DNA from: an uncultured Acidobacteriota bacterium
GTDB taxonomy: Bacteria > Acidobacteriota > Thermoanaerobaculia > Multivoradales > SZUA-115
Assembly: GCA_963805975.1 (NCBI GenBank)
Contig: CAWDVR010000002.1
Location: 416,001-480,000 of the forward strand
Direction: 5' to 3'
Length of the DNA: 64,000 nt
Within the stretch, counting starts at the first letter, position 1; each line of letters opens with the position of its first letter. Positions 8,837 to 18,466 of this stretch are shown piece by piece. A program made the translations under genes and the position numbers. The notes under the pieces were generated by a model. The model worked only from the letters and a program-made list of their open reading frames with translations. It did no database searches and had not been told where the DNA came from.

Positions 8837-11800
8837 ATGGTCCGCTTCCGTATCGCGACGGTTCTCGCCCTGGTTCTCGCCGCCTCTCTCTTCGCCTCTC
8901 CCGCCGCCGGCAAGCCGCGCAAGAGCGCCGAGGCCCAGCCGGAGGAGCTGAAGCCCGCGGTCGATCCCGCGCTCTACCAGGCCCTCGCCTGGCGCAACAT
9001 CGGCCCCTCCCGGGGCGGGCGGGTGACCGCCGTCGCCGGGGTGGCGGGCCAGCCCATGACCTTCTACATGGGCTCGACGGGCGGCGGCGTGTGGAAGACG
9101 GCGGACGGCGGCAACACCTGGAGGAACGTCACCGACGGCTTCGTCAAGACCGGGTCGGTGGGCGCGATCACGGTGGCGCCTTCAGACCCCAACGTGGTCT
9201 ACGTGGGCATGGGCGAAGCGCCGGTGCGCGGGGTCGCGAGCTCGCACGGCGACGGCGTCTACCGCTCGACCGATGCCGGCAAGACCTGGCAGCACCTGGG
9301 CCTCGGCAGGACGCGCCAGATCGCGGAGATCGAGGTGCATCCGACGAACCCCGACCTGGTCTACGTGGCGGCGCAAGGCAGCCCGTGGGCCGCCACCCCG
9401 GAGCGCGGCATCTACCGCTCGAGCGACGGCGGCAAGACCTGGCAGCAGGTGCACCGCGTGAGCGACGACGCCGGTGCGACCGACCTGGCGATGGACCCTT
9501 CCAACCCGCGCATCCTCTTCGCCGCCTACTGGCACCACCGGCGCACCCCTTGGAAGATCACGAGCGGCGGGCCCCCGGGCGTCCTGGGCAGCGGCATCTG
9601 GCGGACCCTGGACGGCGGCGACACCTGGCAGCAGATGAGCGAGGGCCTGCCCAAGGAGATGGGCAAGATCGGCGTCGCGATCTCCGGCGCCCGCTCGGAG
9701 CGGGTGTGGGCCATGGTCGAGGCCGAGGAGGGCGGGCTCTTCCGTTCGGACGACGGCGGCAAGAGCTGGCAGCGCGTCAACCAGGAGCGTGTGCTGCGCG
9801 GCCGCGCCTGGTACTACACCCACGTCATCGCCGACCCGCAGGACGCCGACACCGTCTACGTGCTCAACGCGCCGATGATGAAGTCGATCGACGGCGGCAA
9901 GAGCTTCCGGCCGGTGGAGGTGCCGCACGGCGACAACCACGCGCTGTGGATCTCCCCGGTGAACAACGCCTGGATGATCAACGGCAACGACGGCGGCGCC
10001 AACGTCTCCTACAACGGCGGCGAGACCTGGTCGACGCAGGCCAACCAGCCCACCGCCCAGTTCTACCGGGTGAACACCGACCACCTCGACCCCTACACCG
10101 TCTACGGCGGCCAGCAGGACAACACCACGGTCGCCATCAAGAGCGCCGGCGACGACGGCTCGATCGGCCGCGAGGACTGGCGCGCGGTGGGCGGCTGCGA
10201 GAGCGGCTACGTGGCCTTCGACCCGGCGGCGCCGCGCTGGATCTACGCCGGCTGCTACCAGGGCCAGATCAGCGAGTACGACGCCGAGACCGGCCGCTAC
10301 CGCGACGTGATGGCCTACCCGGTGATCGGCCTCGCCGCGACCCCGGCCGAGAGCAAGTACCGCTTCAACTGGAACGCGCCGATCGTCGTCTCACGGCACG
10401 ACCCGAAAGTGATCTACCACGGCGCCAACGTGCTGCTGCGCAGCAACGACCGCGGCGTGACCTGGGAGGAGATCTCGCCGGACCTCACCGGCAACGACCC
10501 GGCCAAGCAGGGCCCCGGCGGGGGACCGATCACCAACGAGGGCGCCGGCGGCGAGGTCTACCAGACGATCTTCTACATCGCCGAGTCGCCGCACGACGCG
10601 GCGACGATCTGGGCCGGCACCGACGACGGCCGCGTCCACCTGACGCGCGACGGCGGTGCCCATTGGACGGAGGTCACTCCGCCGGGGCTGGGCGAAGCGC
10701 AAATCAACGCCATCGAGGTCTCCCCTCACGATCCGGCCACTGCCTGGCTGGCGGTGACGCGCTACAAGTTCAACGACTTCACGCCGCACGTCCTCCGCAC
10801 CACGGACTTCGGCAAGACCTGGAAGCGCACCGTGGCAGGCATCGGCCCCGAGGCCTGGGTGCGGGTGGTGCGCGAGGACACGGCGAGGCGGGGTCTGCTC
10901 TTCGCCGGCACCGAGACCGGCCTCTACGTCTCCTTCGACTCCGGCGAGCGCTGGCAGCCCTTCGAGCTCAACTTCCCGGTGGTGCCGGTGACCGATCTCC
11001 AAGTGCACGGCGACGACCTCGTCGCCTCGACCCAGGGACGCGCGTTCTGGGTCCTCGACGACCTCTCGCCGCTACGCCAGGTCGAGCCGGCGGCAGCGGA
11101 GCTCCGGCTCCTCCAGCCCAAGCCCACGCGCCACGGCCGCGTGGGCGGCTTCTCGTTCGACGGCCCGCCGCCGGGCGTCGGCGCCAACCCGCCCGCGGGC
11201 GCGGTGATCGACTACCTGGTGGGCCGCGAGCTCGATGCCGAGAAGGATGAGCTGCGGCTCGAGATCCTGGACGGCGCGGGCGCTGTGGTGCGCAGCCTCT
11301 CGAGCCGGCCGAAGAAGGAAGAAGGCGGTCCTGGCCCCGGTCCGGGCCCCGGCTCCGGCTCCGGCCCGCCGGGACCGCCCCCGCTTCCCGCCAAGAAAGG
11401 CATGAACCGCTGGGTTTGGGACCTGCGGGGCGAGCCCATGGCGCGAGTACCCGGCCTCATGACCCTGAACCCCGGTGCCGGCAGGCTGGCGCCTGCCGGC
11501 GCGTACCAAGTGCGGCTCACCCTGGGTGAGACTCGGGTGACGCAGCCGCTCGACCTGCGGGAAGACCCGCGGCTCGCCGGCCTCGACCCTGCCGCCGCGG
11601 CCGAGCAGCGCCAGCTCCTGGGCGCGGTGGGCACGGCGATGGACGAGATCTACCGCTCGGTCACTCGCCTGCGCGACGTGCGCGGCCAGGTCGAGGCCCT
11701 GGTGGTCCGCGCCAAGGAACGCGAGGGCGGCGAGGAGATTCGGCTCGCGGGCGAGGCGCTGGTGAAGGACATGACCGCGCTCGAGGACGAGCTGGTGCAG

Positions 11801-12064
11801 CCCAAGAGCCAGAGCTTCCAGGACGTGATCAACTTCGGCAACCGCCTCGACGCCGAGCTCGGCGCGCTGCTCGACTCGGCGGAGACCGGGCCGCCGCTCA
11901 CCGCCGGCCAGCAGCAACGCTGGCGTGACCTCGAGACCCAGTGGCAAGAGAAGAAGGCGAAGCTCGGCGAGCTGCTTGGCACCCGGCTCGACACCTTCAA
12001 CGCCCTGGTGGCCTGGCACGCCGTGCCGGCGATCGTGCTGCCGGCGGAGAAGCCGAAGCCCTGA
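8837..12064 (+). CDS. Secreted VPS10/sortilin-like BNR (Asp-box) repeat glycosyl hydrolase
   Basis: SD GGAGG, signal peptide, WRNIGPSRGGRV, many S.DGG.TW Asp-boxes, C-terminal helical region. Confidence 0.9.
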   Translation: MVRFRIATVLALVLAASLFASPAAGKPRKSAEAQPEELKPAVDPALYQALAWRNIGPSRGGRVTAVAGVAGQPMTFYMGSTGGGVWKTADGGNTWRNVTDGFVKTGSVGAITVAPSDPNVVYVGMGEAPVRGVASSHGDGVYRSTDAGKTWQHLGLGRTRQIAEIEVHPTNPDLVYVAAQGSPWAATPERGIYRSSDGGKTWQQVHRVSDDAGATDLAMDPSNPRILFAAYWHHRRTPWKITSGGPPGVLGSGIWRTLDGGDTWQQMSEGLPKEMGKIGVAISGARSERVWAMVEAEEGGLFRSDDGGKSWQRVNQERVLRGRAWYYTHVIADPQDADTVYVLNAPMMKSIDGGKSFRPVEVPHGDNHALWISPVNNAWMINGNDGGANVSYNGGETWSTQANQPTAQFYRVNTDHLDPYTVYGGQQDNTTVAIKSAGDDGSIGREDWRAVGGCESGYVAFDPAAPRWIYAGCYQGQISEYDAETGRYRDVMAYPVIGLAATPAESKYRFNWNAPIVVSRHDPKVIYHGANVLLRSNDRGVTWEEISPDLTGNDPAKQGPGGGPITNEGAGGEVYQTIFYIAESPHDAATIWAGTDDGRVHLTRDGGAHWTEVTPPGLGEAQINAIEVSPHDPATAWLAVTRYKFNDFTPHVLRTTDFGKTWKRTVAGIGPEAWVRVVREDTARRGLLFAGTETGLYVSFDSGERWQPFELNFPVVPVTDLQVHGDDLVASTQGRAFWVLDDLSPLRQVEPAAAELRLLQPKPTRHGRVGGFSFDGPPPGVGANPPAGAVIDYLVGRELDAEKDELRLEILDGAGAVVRSLSSRPKKEEGGPGPGPGPGSGSGPPGPPPLPAKKGMNRWVWDLRGEPMARVPGLMTLNPGAGRLAPAGAYQVRLTLGETRVTQPLDLREDPRLAGLDPAAAAEQRQLLGAVGTAMDEIYRSVTRLRDVRGQVEALVVRAKEREGGEEIRLAGEALVKDMTALEDELVQPKSQSFQDVINFGNRLDAELGALLDSAETGPPLTAGQQQRWRDLETQWQEKKAKLGELLGTRLDTFNALVAWHAVPAIVLPAEKPKP

Positions 12065-12078
12065 TCACGGTCCCTTTC

Positions 12079-12166
12079 CCCAGATCCTTCGCTGCGCTCA
12101 GGATGACAGAACTCGTCGTTCCGAGCGCAGCCCGTCTGTCATCCTGAGCGCAGCGAAGGATCTGGG
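12079..12166. repeat. REP-like palindromic doublet, family A (GTCATCCTGAGCGCAGCGAAGGATCT)
   Basis: Perfect 32-bp inverted repeat 12079-12110 / 12135-12166 between convergent genes. Confidence 0.9.
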
Positions 12167-12200
12167 CGGGGCAACTTCTTGGGGGGTGAGGTGAGGCCCC

Positions 12201-13487
12201 CTACCCCGCCCTGGCCCGCAGGTGGGCCACCACCCAGGCCTGGAGCTGCTCGGCCGAGGCGAGAGCGGTCTGCCCGAGCTCGGCCGGCGAGCGGTCCTCG
12301 CCCATCAGCGCCAGGGCGCGGTAGACGAGATAGGTGAAGTTCTCGCGCACCGTGTCGTGGCGGCGGCCGGAGTACATGGCCTTGAGAGCCTCGAGCTGGC
12401 CGGCGAGCGTGTCCTCGGTCATCCCGGTTTCGCTCGGCTCGGCTCGCGCCGCGGAGCGGGCGGGCGCTCTCTTGCGCGAAGCGCCGCGGCGCACCGGCCG
12501 AAACGCCGACTCGAGGGCCTCGAGCTCGCTCGCCACCGGGTCGGGCGCCGGCAGCGGTGCGATCGGCTCGGGGCCGCGGTCGAGCGCGATCGGCACGCCG
12601 CTGGCGTTGGCCGCCGCCACCCGTTCGTCGTAGACCACCCAGCCGAGCTGCGTCAGGCGCAGGCGCGCGGACACGCCCTCGGCCAGGCTCTCGACCAGCG
12701 GCACCACCGCCCCCTCGAAGCTCTCCTCGACGCCGTTGAACATGTTGAGCACGGCGTGCACGCGCAGCTCGGAGAGGAAGTCGCGCAACACTTCGATCAC
12801 CGCGTGCGGCCCCAGCAGGCTCTCGAGCTCGGCGAGGAACGCGTCCGCGTTCGGCACGCCCTCCTCGTAGACGTCCTCGGCCTGGTCGAGGAGCGCGCGG
12901 AGCCGCTCCCCGTGCGCTTCGAGGCTCGCCTGCCGCAGCAGCAGGGACCCCTGGGCGAAGAGGATGCGCAGCGAGCGGAAGACGATCGCCTTCACCAGGT
13001 CCGCCGCGGCGAGCGTGGCGGCCGGGTTGCCGGGCGTGAAGACCAGGATGCCGCTGTTGGTGTAGGGCAGGAGGTCGATCACCGAGTGGTCGAGCCCGGC
13101 CTTGAGGTCCAGCACCACGTACTCGGCGCCGATCGCCGGGATCTCCTGCGCCAGCCGGCGGCGGAACGCATCGCCCAGGACCGTGAGCTCCTCGATGTAG
13201 TGCCGCGGGCCGGCCACGAAACCGAAGCCCCGGAACTGCCCGTCCCGGTCGAGGGCCTCCGGCAGGCGGCTCACGCAGCTCGCCAGCGGTTCGCCCTTCT
13301 TCCAGAAGTGGTAGAGGTCGCGCTCGATCGGCACGCGGAGCGCGGTCCGCACCGAGGAAGTGCCGGTGTCGAGGTCGATCAGGACCGTGGGCGCCACCCG
13401 CGAGAGGGCGAGGGCGAAGTTGACGGCGAAGGTCGTCTTGCCGACGCCGCCTTTGCCGGAGGAGACGGGGAGGATGCGGCGCACCAT
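12201..13487 (-). CDS. MinD/FlhG/ParA-family P-loop ATPase with long C-terminal extension
   Basis: MVRRILPVSSGKGGVGKTT deviant Walker A, IDLDTG, VVLDLKAG; 428 aa. Confidence 0.85.
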   Translation of the reverse strand: MVRRILPVSSGKGGVGKTTFAVNFALALSRVAPTVLIDLDTGTSSVRTALRVPIERDLYHFWKKGEPLASCVSRLPEALDRDGQFRGFGFVAGPRHYIEELTVLGDAFRRRLAQEIPAIGAEYVVLDLKAGLDHSVIDLLPYTNSGILVFTPGNPAATLAAADLVKAIVFRSLRILFAQGSLLLRQASLEAHGERLRALLDQAEDVYEEGVPNADAFLAELESLLGPHAVIEVLRDFLSELRVHAVLNMFNGVEESFEGAVVPLVESLAEGVSARLRLTQLGWVVYDERVAAANASGVPIALDRGPEPIAPLPAPDPVASELEALESAFRPVRRGASRKRAPARSAARAEPSETGMTEDTLAGQLEALKAMYSGRRHDTVRENFTYLVYRALALMGEDRSPAELGQTALASAEQLQAWVVAHLRARAG

Positions 13488-13640
13488 CGGACGTCTGCCG
13501 GGCGTCAGGCTGCGAGGAGATTCGCCGCGACGCGCGGTCGGGCCTGGATCATCGATTTCTAGAATAGTACTCCAGGAGCCGCAGGCGCGCGCCATCGTCG
13601 GGCAGGTGTGTACGCAACGATGCGATAGGCTCCCGCGCCT

Positions 13641-14483
13641 GTGATCCTGCCGGAGGGCATCGTCGGCGTCGACGCCGGGGCCACGCTCGCCAAGCTGGTC
13701 TTCCAGCCGGCACCGGTGCGGGGCACCCCCGCTCGTGAGCCCGTCGCCCAGGCCCGCCTCCCCTCTTCCGACCCCGAGGCCGTCCGCGCCGCCATCGCGG
13801 CCTGGAGGCCGGCCCGGATCGCCGCCACCGGTGGCGGTGCCGCGGCGCTGGGCCGGGTGATCGCGGGCGTCGAGGTCGAACGCGTAGAGGAGTTCGCGGC
13901 CTGGGCCGCCGGCGCTCCGCGGGTGGCCGCCGCGGCCGGGATCGAGCTGCCCGAGAGCTATCTCCTGGTGAGCGTTGGCACCGGCACCTCGGTGCTCGCC
14001 GTGCGCGAAGGCACGGCGGAACGGGTGGGCGGCAGCGCGCTCGGCGGCGGCACGCTGCTCGGGCTCGGGAAGCTGCTCGTCGGGGCGCCGGGCTTCGAGG
14101 AGATCGCGCGCCTGGCGCACGCCGGGGACCGCCGCCAGGTGGACCTCCTGGTCGGCGACATCTACAGCGAGGGCGGCATCGCGCTGCCGGCCGAGCTCAA
14201 CGCAGCGAGCTTCGGCAAGCTCGCCTCCACTTCCCACGCGGACGTGGCCCACGCCCTCACCGGCCTGATCGGCGAAAATCTGGCTCTGATCGCCACCGCC
14301 CTCGCCCGCGGCGCGGCCGTCGAAGCCATCGTCTACTGCGGCTCCACCCTCGATCTCAACCCGGCGCTCGAAGAGATCCTGAGCCAAACGACTCAGGCCT
14401 ATGGGGCACGGCCCCTGTTCCTCCCCGGCGGCGCGTTCTGCGGGGCGGTGGGGGCGGCAGCGCTGGCGGGTGGCGAGGCCTAG
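13641..14483 (+). CDS. coaW: Type II (Fumble-like) pantothenate kinase
   Basis: VGVDAGATLAK, SVGTGTS, VGGSALGGGTLLGL, GDRRQVDLLVGDIY and ASFGKL motifs. Confidence 0.85.
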   Translation: MILPEGIVGVDAGATLAKLVFQPAPVRGTPAREPVAQARLPSSDPEAVRAAIAAWRPARIAATGGGAAALGRVIAGVEVERVEEFAAWAAGAPRVAAAAGIELPESYLLVSVGTGTSVLAVREGTAERVGGSALGGGTLLGLGKLLVGAPGFEEIARLAHAGDRRQVDLLVGDIYSEGGIALPAELNAASFGKLASTSHADVAHALTGLIGENLALIATALARGAAVEAIVYCGSTLDLNPALEEILSQTTQAYGARPLFLPGGAFCGAVGAAALAGGEA

Positions 14484-14875
14484 CCAGCCGGAGCGGATCG
14501 AGCCGGCGGCAGGAGCACTTCAACATCAAGCCGGCGAAAGTCCGCGTCGAGTGTGAGGAGTGGGCACTTCTCTGCCACTGCGAGAGCATAGGCAAAGCAG
14601 TCTCCGAGGTTCAGCGGAAACCGTAGCCGCGCCGCAGCGGCGATGCGCGCCTGTTCGACGTCGGGCGCCACGAAGCGGATACCACTCGTCAGCAGTTGAT
14701 CCTCCAGCCTGGCGAAGAGCTTGGGCTGGCGGTCTTCTAATCGAATCAGAGTCTCCACCAGGTTTACGGTGCTCATCCGCAGCTCGGCGGCGTGCGAGGT
14801 GAGCTGCTCGCTCGACCACTCGGCCCACGACTCGTCGAACAGCACGGCCAGAATGACGGAGGTATCAACGACCAC
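14480..14875 (-). CDS. vapC: VapC PIN-domain toxin
   Basis: MVVDTSVILA...E...LNLGDCFAYALA...LLTLDADF. Confidence 0.9.
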   Translation of the reverse strand: MVVDTSVILAVLFDESWAEWSSEQLTSHAAELRMSTVNLVETLIRLEDRQPKLFARLEDQLLTSGIRFVAPDVEQARIAAAARLRFPLNLGDCFAYALAVAEKCPLLTLDADFRRLDVEVLLPPARSAPAG

Positions 14876-15116
14876 GCTCCTCCCCCCACACGTCGTCGTC
14901 GGTCTGGAAACGCGGCTTGCGATTGATCGGCGCCTTCAACGCGAGACCAATCCACTGCCCGAAGTCGACGGTAGTCCGCATTCGAGTCTCCCTCTCGACC
15001 GCTTCCTTGACGGCAATGCGCACCGCATCGGACTTGCTGCGCAGGCCCTTGAGGCGAACCAACCGGGCCAGGTTCTCTTCGAGATCGGCATTGAGGTGGA
15101 TGTTGAGTTGAGCCAT
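14865..15116 (-). CDS. vapB: VapB-type antitoxin (ribbon-helix-helix-like)
   Basis: 83 aa, QLNIHL strand followed by SKSDAVRIAV helix; overlaps the vapC start. Confidence 0.8.
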   Translation of the reverse strand: MAQLNIHLNADLEENLARLVRLKGLRSKSDAVRIAVKEAVERETRMRTTVDFGQWIGLALKAPINRKPRFQTDDDVWGEERGR

Positions 15117-15191
15117 GTACAGAGACTATACAGAAGGAGCGGCTCGCCCTGAAATTGCCTCCCCCACCGGCTCGCGATACCGTTGCGGCCC

Positions 15192-16022
<831 letters not shown>

Positions 16023-16043
16023 ACGCCGGATCTTCCTGCCGCC

Positions 16044-17774
16044 ATGGCCAGGCTACGCTTCCGCCGCGCGAGCTCCTCACCCGTGGCCGGACGGGTGATC
16101 TCGTCGATCGTGGCCCTCGCCTTCCTCGGCCTGGGCTCGGCCTTCGCCTATCTCATCGTCCGCAGCTTCTTCCGCGACCTCGCCACCCACACTTGGAGGG
16201 AGGCGGAGTGCGTCATCACCTCGTCGCAGGTGAAGTCGACCGGTGGATCCGAGCCGTTGCACGTCCTCAATGTGCAGTACCGCTACGTCGCGTTCGGGCG
16301 TGAGCTCGAGAGCGACGTGCTGCGGCCGGGCTACGCCGGCTCCTCGGACGTGGCCGAGGCCGAGCGGCTGGCCGCCCGCTACGCAGTCGGAGAGTCGGTG
16401 ACCTGCTACATCGACCCGAAAAAGCCGGAGTCGGCCACCATCGAAAAGGCGAGCCTCCTGAACGGCTTCTGGGTGCTCTTTCCGCTCGTCTTCGTGGGGG
16501 TGGGCCTCTTGGTGCTGGTTCTCACCTGGATGCCATCGCGCTCCGGCGAGGCCACGGCGGCAGGAGGTCTGCGCTCGATCTCGAAGCAGGCGACCGGGCG
16601 CTTCGGCGGCGCCGGCTGCCTGGTGGGGTTCTTCGCGCTGTTCGCTCTCGCCGGCGGCGGCACCGGCCTCTTCTTCCTCCTCCCGGCCGCCCAGGTGGTG
16701 AAGGCACGAGCGTGGCACGCGGTGCGCTGCACCATCGATTCGAGCGAGGTGCGGTCGCACTCCGGGGACGACTCGACGACCTACAGCGTGTCGGTCGCCT
16801 ACCGCTACGAGATCGCCGGAAAGACCTACCGCGGCAACCGCTACCAGTTCCTCGGCGGCTCGTCCTCCGGCCAGGAGGGAAAGCAGCAGGTGGTGGACCG
16901 CTACCCGCCGGGCAGCGAAGCCTCCTGCTTCGTCAACCCCCAGGACCCCTACGACGCCGTGCTCGAGCGCGGCTTCACCACGGGCTACCTCTTCGGCCTG
17001 ATCCCGCTGCTGTTCTTCTCGGTGGGGGTGGGCGGGATGATCTTCGCGCTGCGCAGCGGGAGCGCCGCCCCGGCCCGCGCCGCGTGGCAGCCGACCCAGT
17101 CGCTGTCGGTCGCGCCGGCGGCCGTGGGGCCGGAGGCCGGCTTCCGCTACGCCGGCGACGGGGCGGTGACCCTCGACGCCAAGGGTGGGCCGATCGGCCG
17201 CTTCCTGGGCACCCTCCTGGTCGCCGGCTTCTGGAACGGCATCACCGGCGCCTTCCTCTACCAGGTGGTCTCCGGCTGGCGCTCCGGCGCGGGAGACGGC
17301 TGCGCCACCGCCTTCCTCGTGCCGTTCGTGCTCATCGGCCTCCTGCTGCTGGTGTCCCTGCCACACGCCTTCCTCGCTCTGTTCAACCCGCGGCCGGTGC
17401 TCACGCTGTCGCGCGCCACGCTGCCGCTGGGCGGCACGGTGGACCTCTCCTGGGGCTTCAAGGGCTGGTCGAGCCGCATCTCTCGTCTGGTCGTGACCCT
17501 CGAGGGCCACGAGGAAGCGAGCTACCGCCAGGGCAAGAGCAGCTCGACGGCGAAGTCGGTCTTCGCCCGCGAGGAGGTCGCCGAGACCACGGACCCGCTC
17601 ACCATCGCCTCCGGCCGCGCCACGATCTCGCTGCCGATCGACACCATGCACAGCTTCGAGAGCAGCCACCACAAAGTCGTCTGGACCCTCAAGCTCGTCG
17701 GCACCATCGGCTTCTGGCCGGACGTGGGCGAGGAGATCGTGGTCCCCGTCACACCTCCCGGAGGCGCACGATGA
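16044..17774 (+). CDS. Membrane protein with two DUF3592-like domains and a C-terminal arrestin/Ig-like domain
   Basis: Twice TM-W...C.I.SS.V...Y.Y...Y..G....C..P..P-TM; C-terminal LP...HSFES...VVWTL beta domain. Confidence 0.75.
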   Translation: MARLRFRRASSSPVAGRVISSIVALAFLGLGSAFAYLIVRSFFRDLATHTWREAECVITSSQVKSTGGSEPLHVLNVQYRYVAFGRELESDVLRPGYAGSSDVAEAERLAARYAVGESVTCYIDPKKPESATIEKASLLNGFWVLFPLVFVGVGLLVLVLTWMPSRSGEATAAGGLRSISKQATGRFGGAGCLVGFFALFALAGGGTGLFFLLPAAQVVKARAWHAVRCTIDSSEVRSHSGDDSTTYSVSVAYRYEIAGKTYRGNRYQFLGGSSSGQEGKQQVVDRYPPGSEASCFVNPQDPYDAVLERGFTTGYLFGLIPLLFFSVGVGGMIFALRSGSAAPARAAWQPTQSLSVAPAAVGPEAGFRYAGDGAVTLDAKGGPIGRFLGTLLVAGFWNGITGAFLYQVVSGWRSGAGDGCATAFLVPFVLIGLLLLVSLPHAFLALFNPRPVLTLSRATLPLGGTVDLSWGFKGWSSRISRLVVTLEGHEEASYRQGKSSSTAKSVFAREEVAETTDPLTIASGRATISLPIDTMHSFESSHHKVVWTLKLVGTIGFWPDVGEEIVVPVTPPGGAR

Positions 17775-18232
17775 GCCGGCTCGCGATCGAGACCGCGGCG
17801 AGGAAGCTGGCTTTCGCGCCCGGCGAGGCCTGCGCGGGGCGTGTGAGCTGGGAGCTCGACGAGCCGCCGGAGAGCGTCGAGCTGCGGCTCTTCTGGTTCA
17901 GTGAGGCCAAGGGCGAGCAGGACGCCGAGATCGTCGCCACGGAGAGCTTCCCGCTTTCAGCGCGGGGCGAGGGGAGCTTCCGCTTCGAGATCCCGCCCGG
18001 GCCCCTGTCCTTCACCGGCTCGCTGGTCACGCTCGCCTGGGCGCTCGAGCTGGTGGTCGAGCCCGGCGAAGAGACCGAACGGCTGCCGATCCTGGTCTCG
18101 GCGATCGGCCGCGAGATCCGGCTCGAGGCGCTCGCGCCGCTCACCGAGGAGGAGATCAAAAAGCTCCCCGGCTGGCTGCAGCGCCTCGCCGCGAAGAAAG
18201 CTGCCGAGAAGCGCGGCGAGACCGAAGACTAG
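17771..18232 (+). CDS. Arrestin-N/Spo0M-like hypothetical protein
   Basis: ATGA overlap with the upstream stop; FAPGEACAGRV...FRFEIPPGPLSFTGSLVTLAWAL. Confidence 0.7.
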   Translation: MSRLAIETAARKLAFAPGEACAGRVSWELDEPPESVELRLFWFSEAKGEQDAEIVATESFPLSARGEGSFRFEIPPGPLSFTGSLVTLAWALELVVEPGEETERLPILVSAIGREIRLEALAPLTEEEIKKLPGWLQRLAAKKAAEKRGETED

Positions 18233-18271
18233 GGACCCGGGCTCGCGCAGAGTCCGCCGCCGAGGTGTCAC

Positions 18272-18466
18272 ATGACCACGCCTTCACCGCTCATCACGAC
18301 CTCCCCCGACCGGCTCAGTGGAACCCCGGTCTTCGCCGGCACCCGTGTGCCCGTTCAGTCGCTGATCGACTACATCGAGGGTGGGGATTCTCTCGACGCG
18401 TTTCTGGACGACTTCCCCAGCGTCACCCGCGAGCACGCGATCGCCGTGCTGGAGTCCTCCTCCTAG
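18272..18466 (+). CDS. DUF433 domain protein (putative antitoxin)
   Basis: ITTSPDRLSGTPVFAGTRVPV..LIDYIEGG.SLD.FLDDFPSV; SD GAGGT. Confidence 0.85.
   Translation: MTTPSPLITTSPDRLSGTPVFAGTRVPVQSLIDYIEGGDSLDAFLDDFPSVTREHAIAVLESSS

Noticed and set aside
11325-11390. GGCCCC/GGCTCC short tandem repeats (also the Gly run at about 63810-63836)
   Set aside because: They encode Gly-Pro or Gly linkers within proteins and are not independent elements.
13488-14387. Apparent N-terminal extension of the MinD-like ATPase (likewise the apparent ubiE-folD, purB-rlpA, HU and addA 'fusions' in the ORF track)
   Set aside because: Stop-free upstream frames overlapping other genes; family homology begins only at the internal starts used above.
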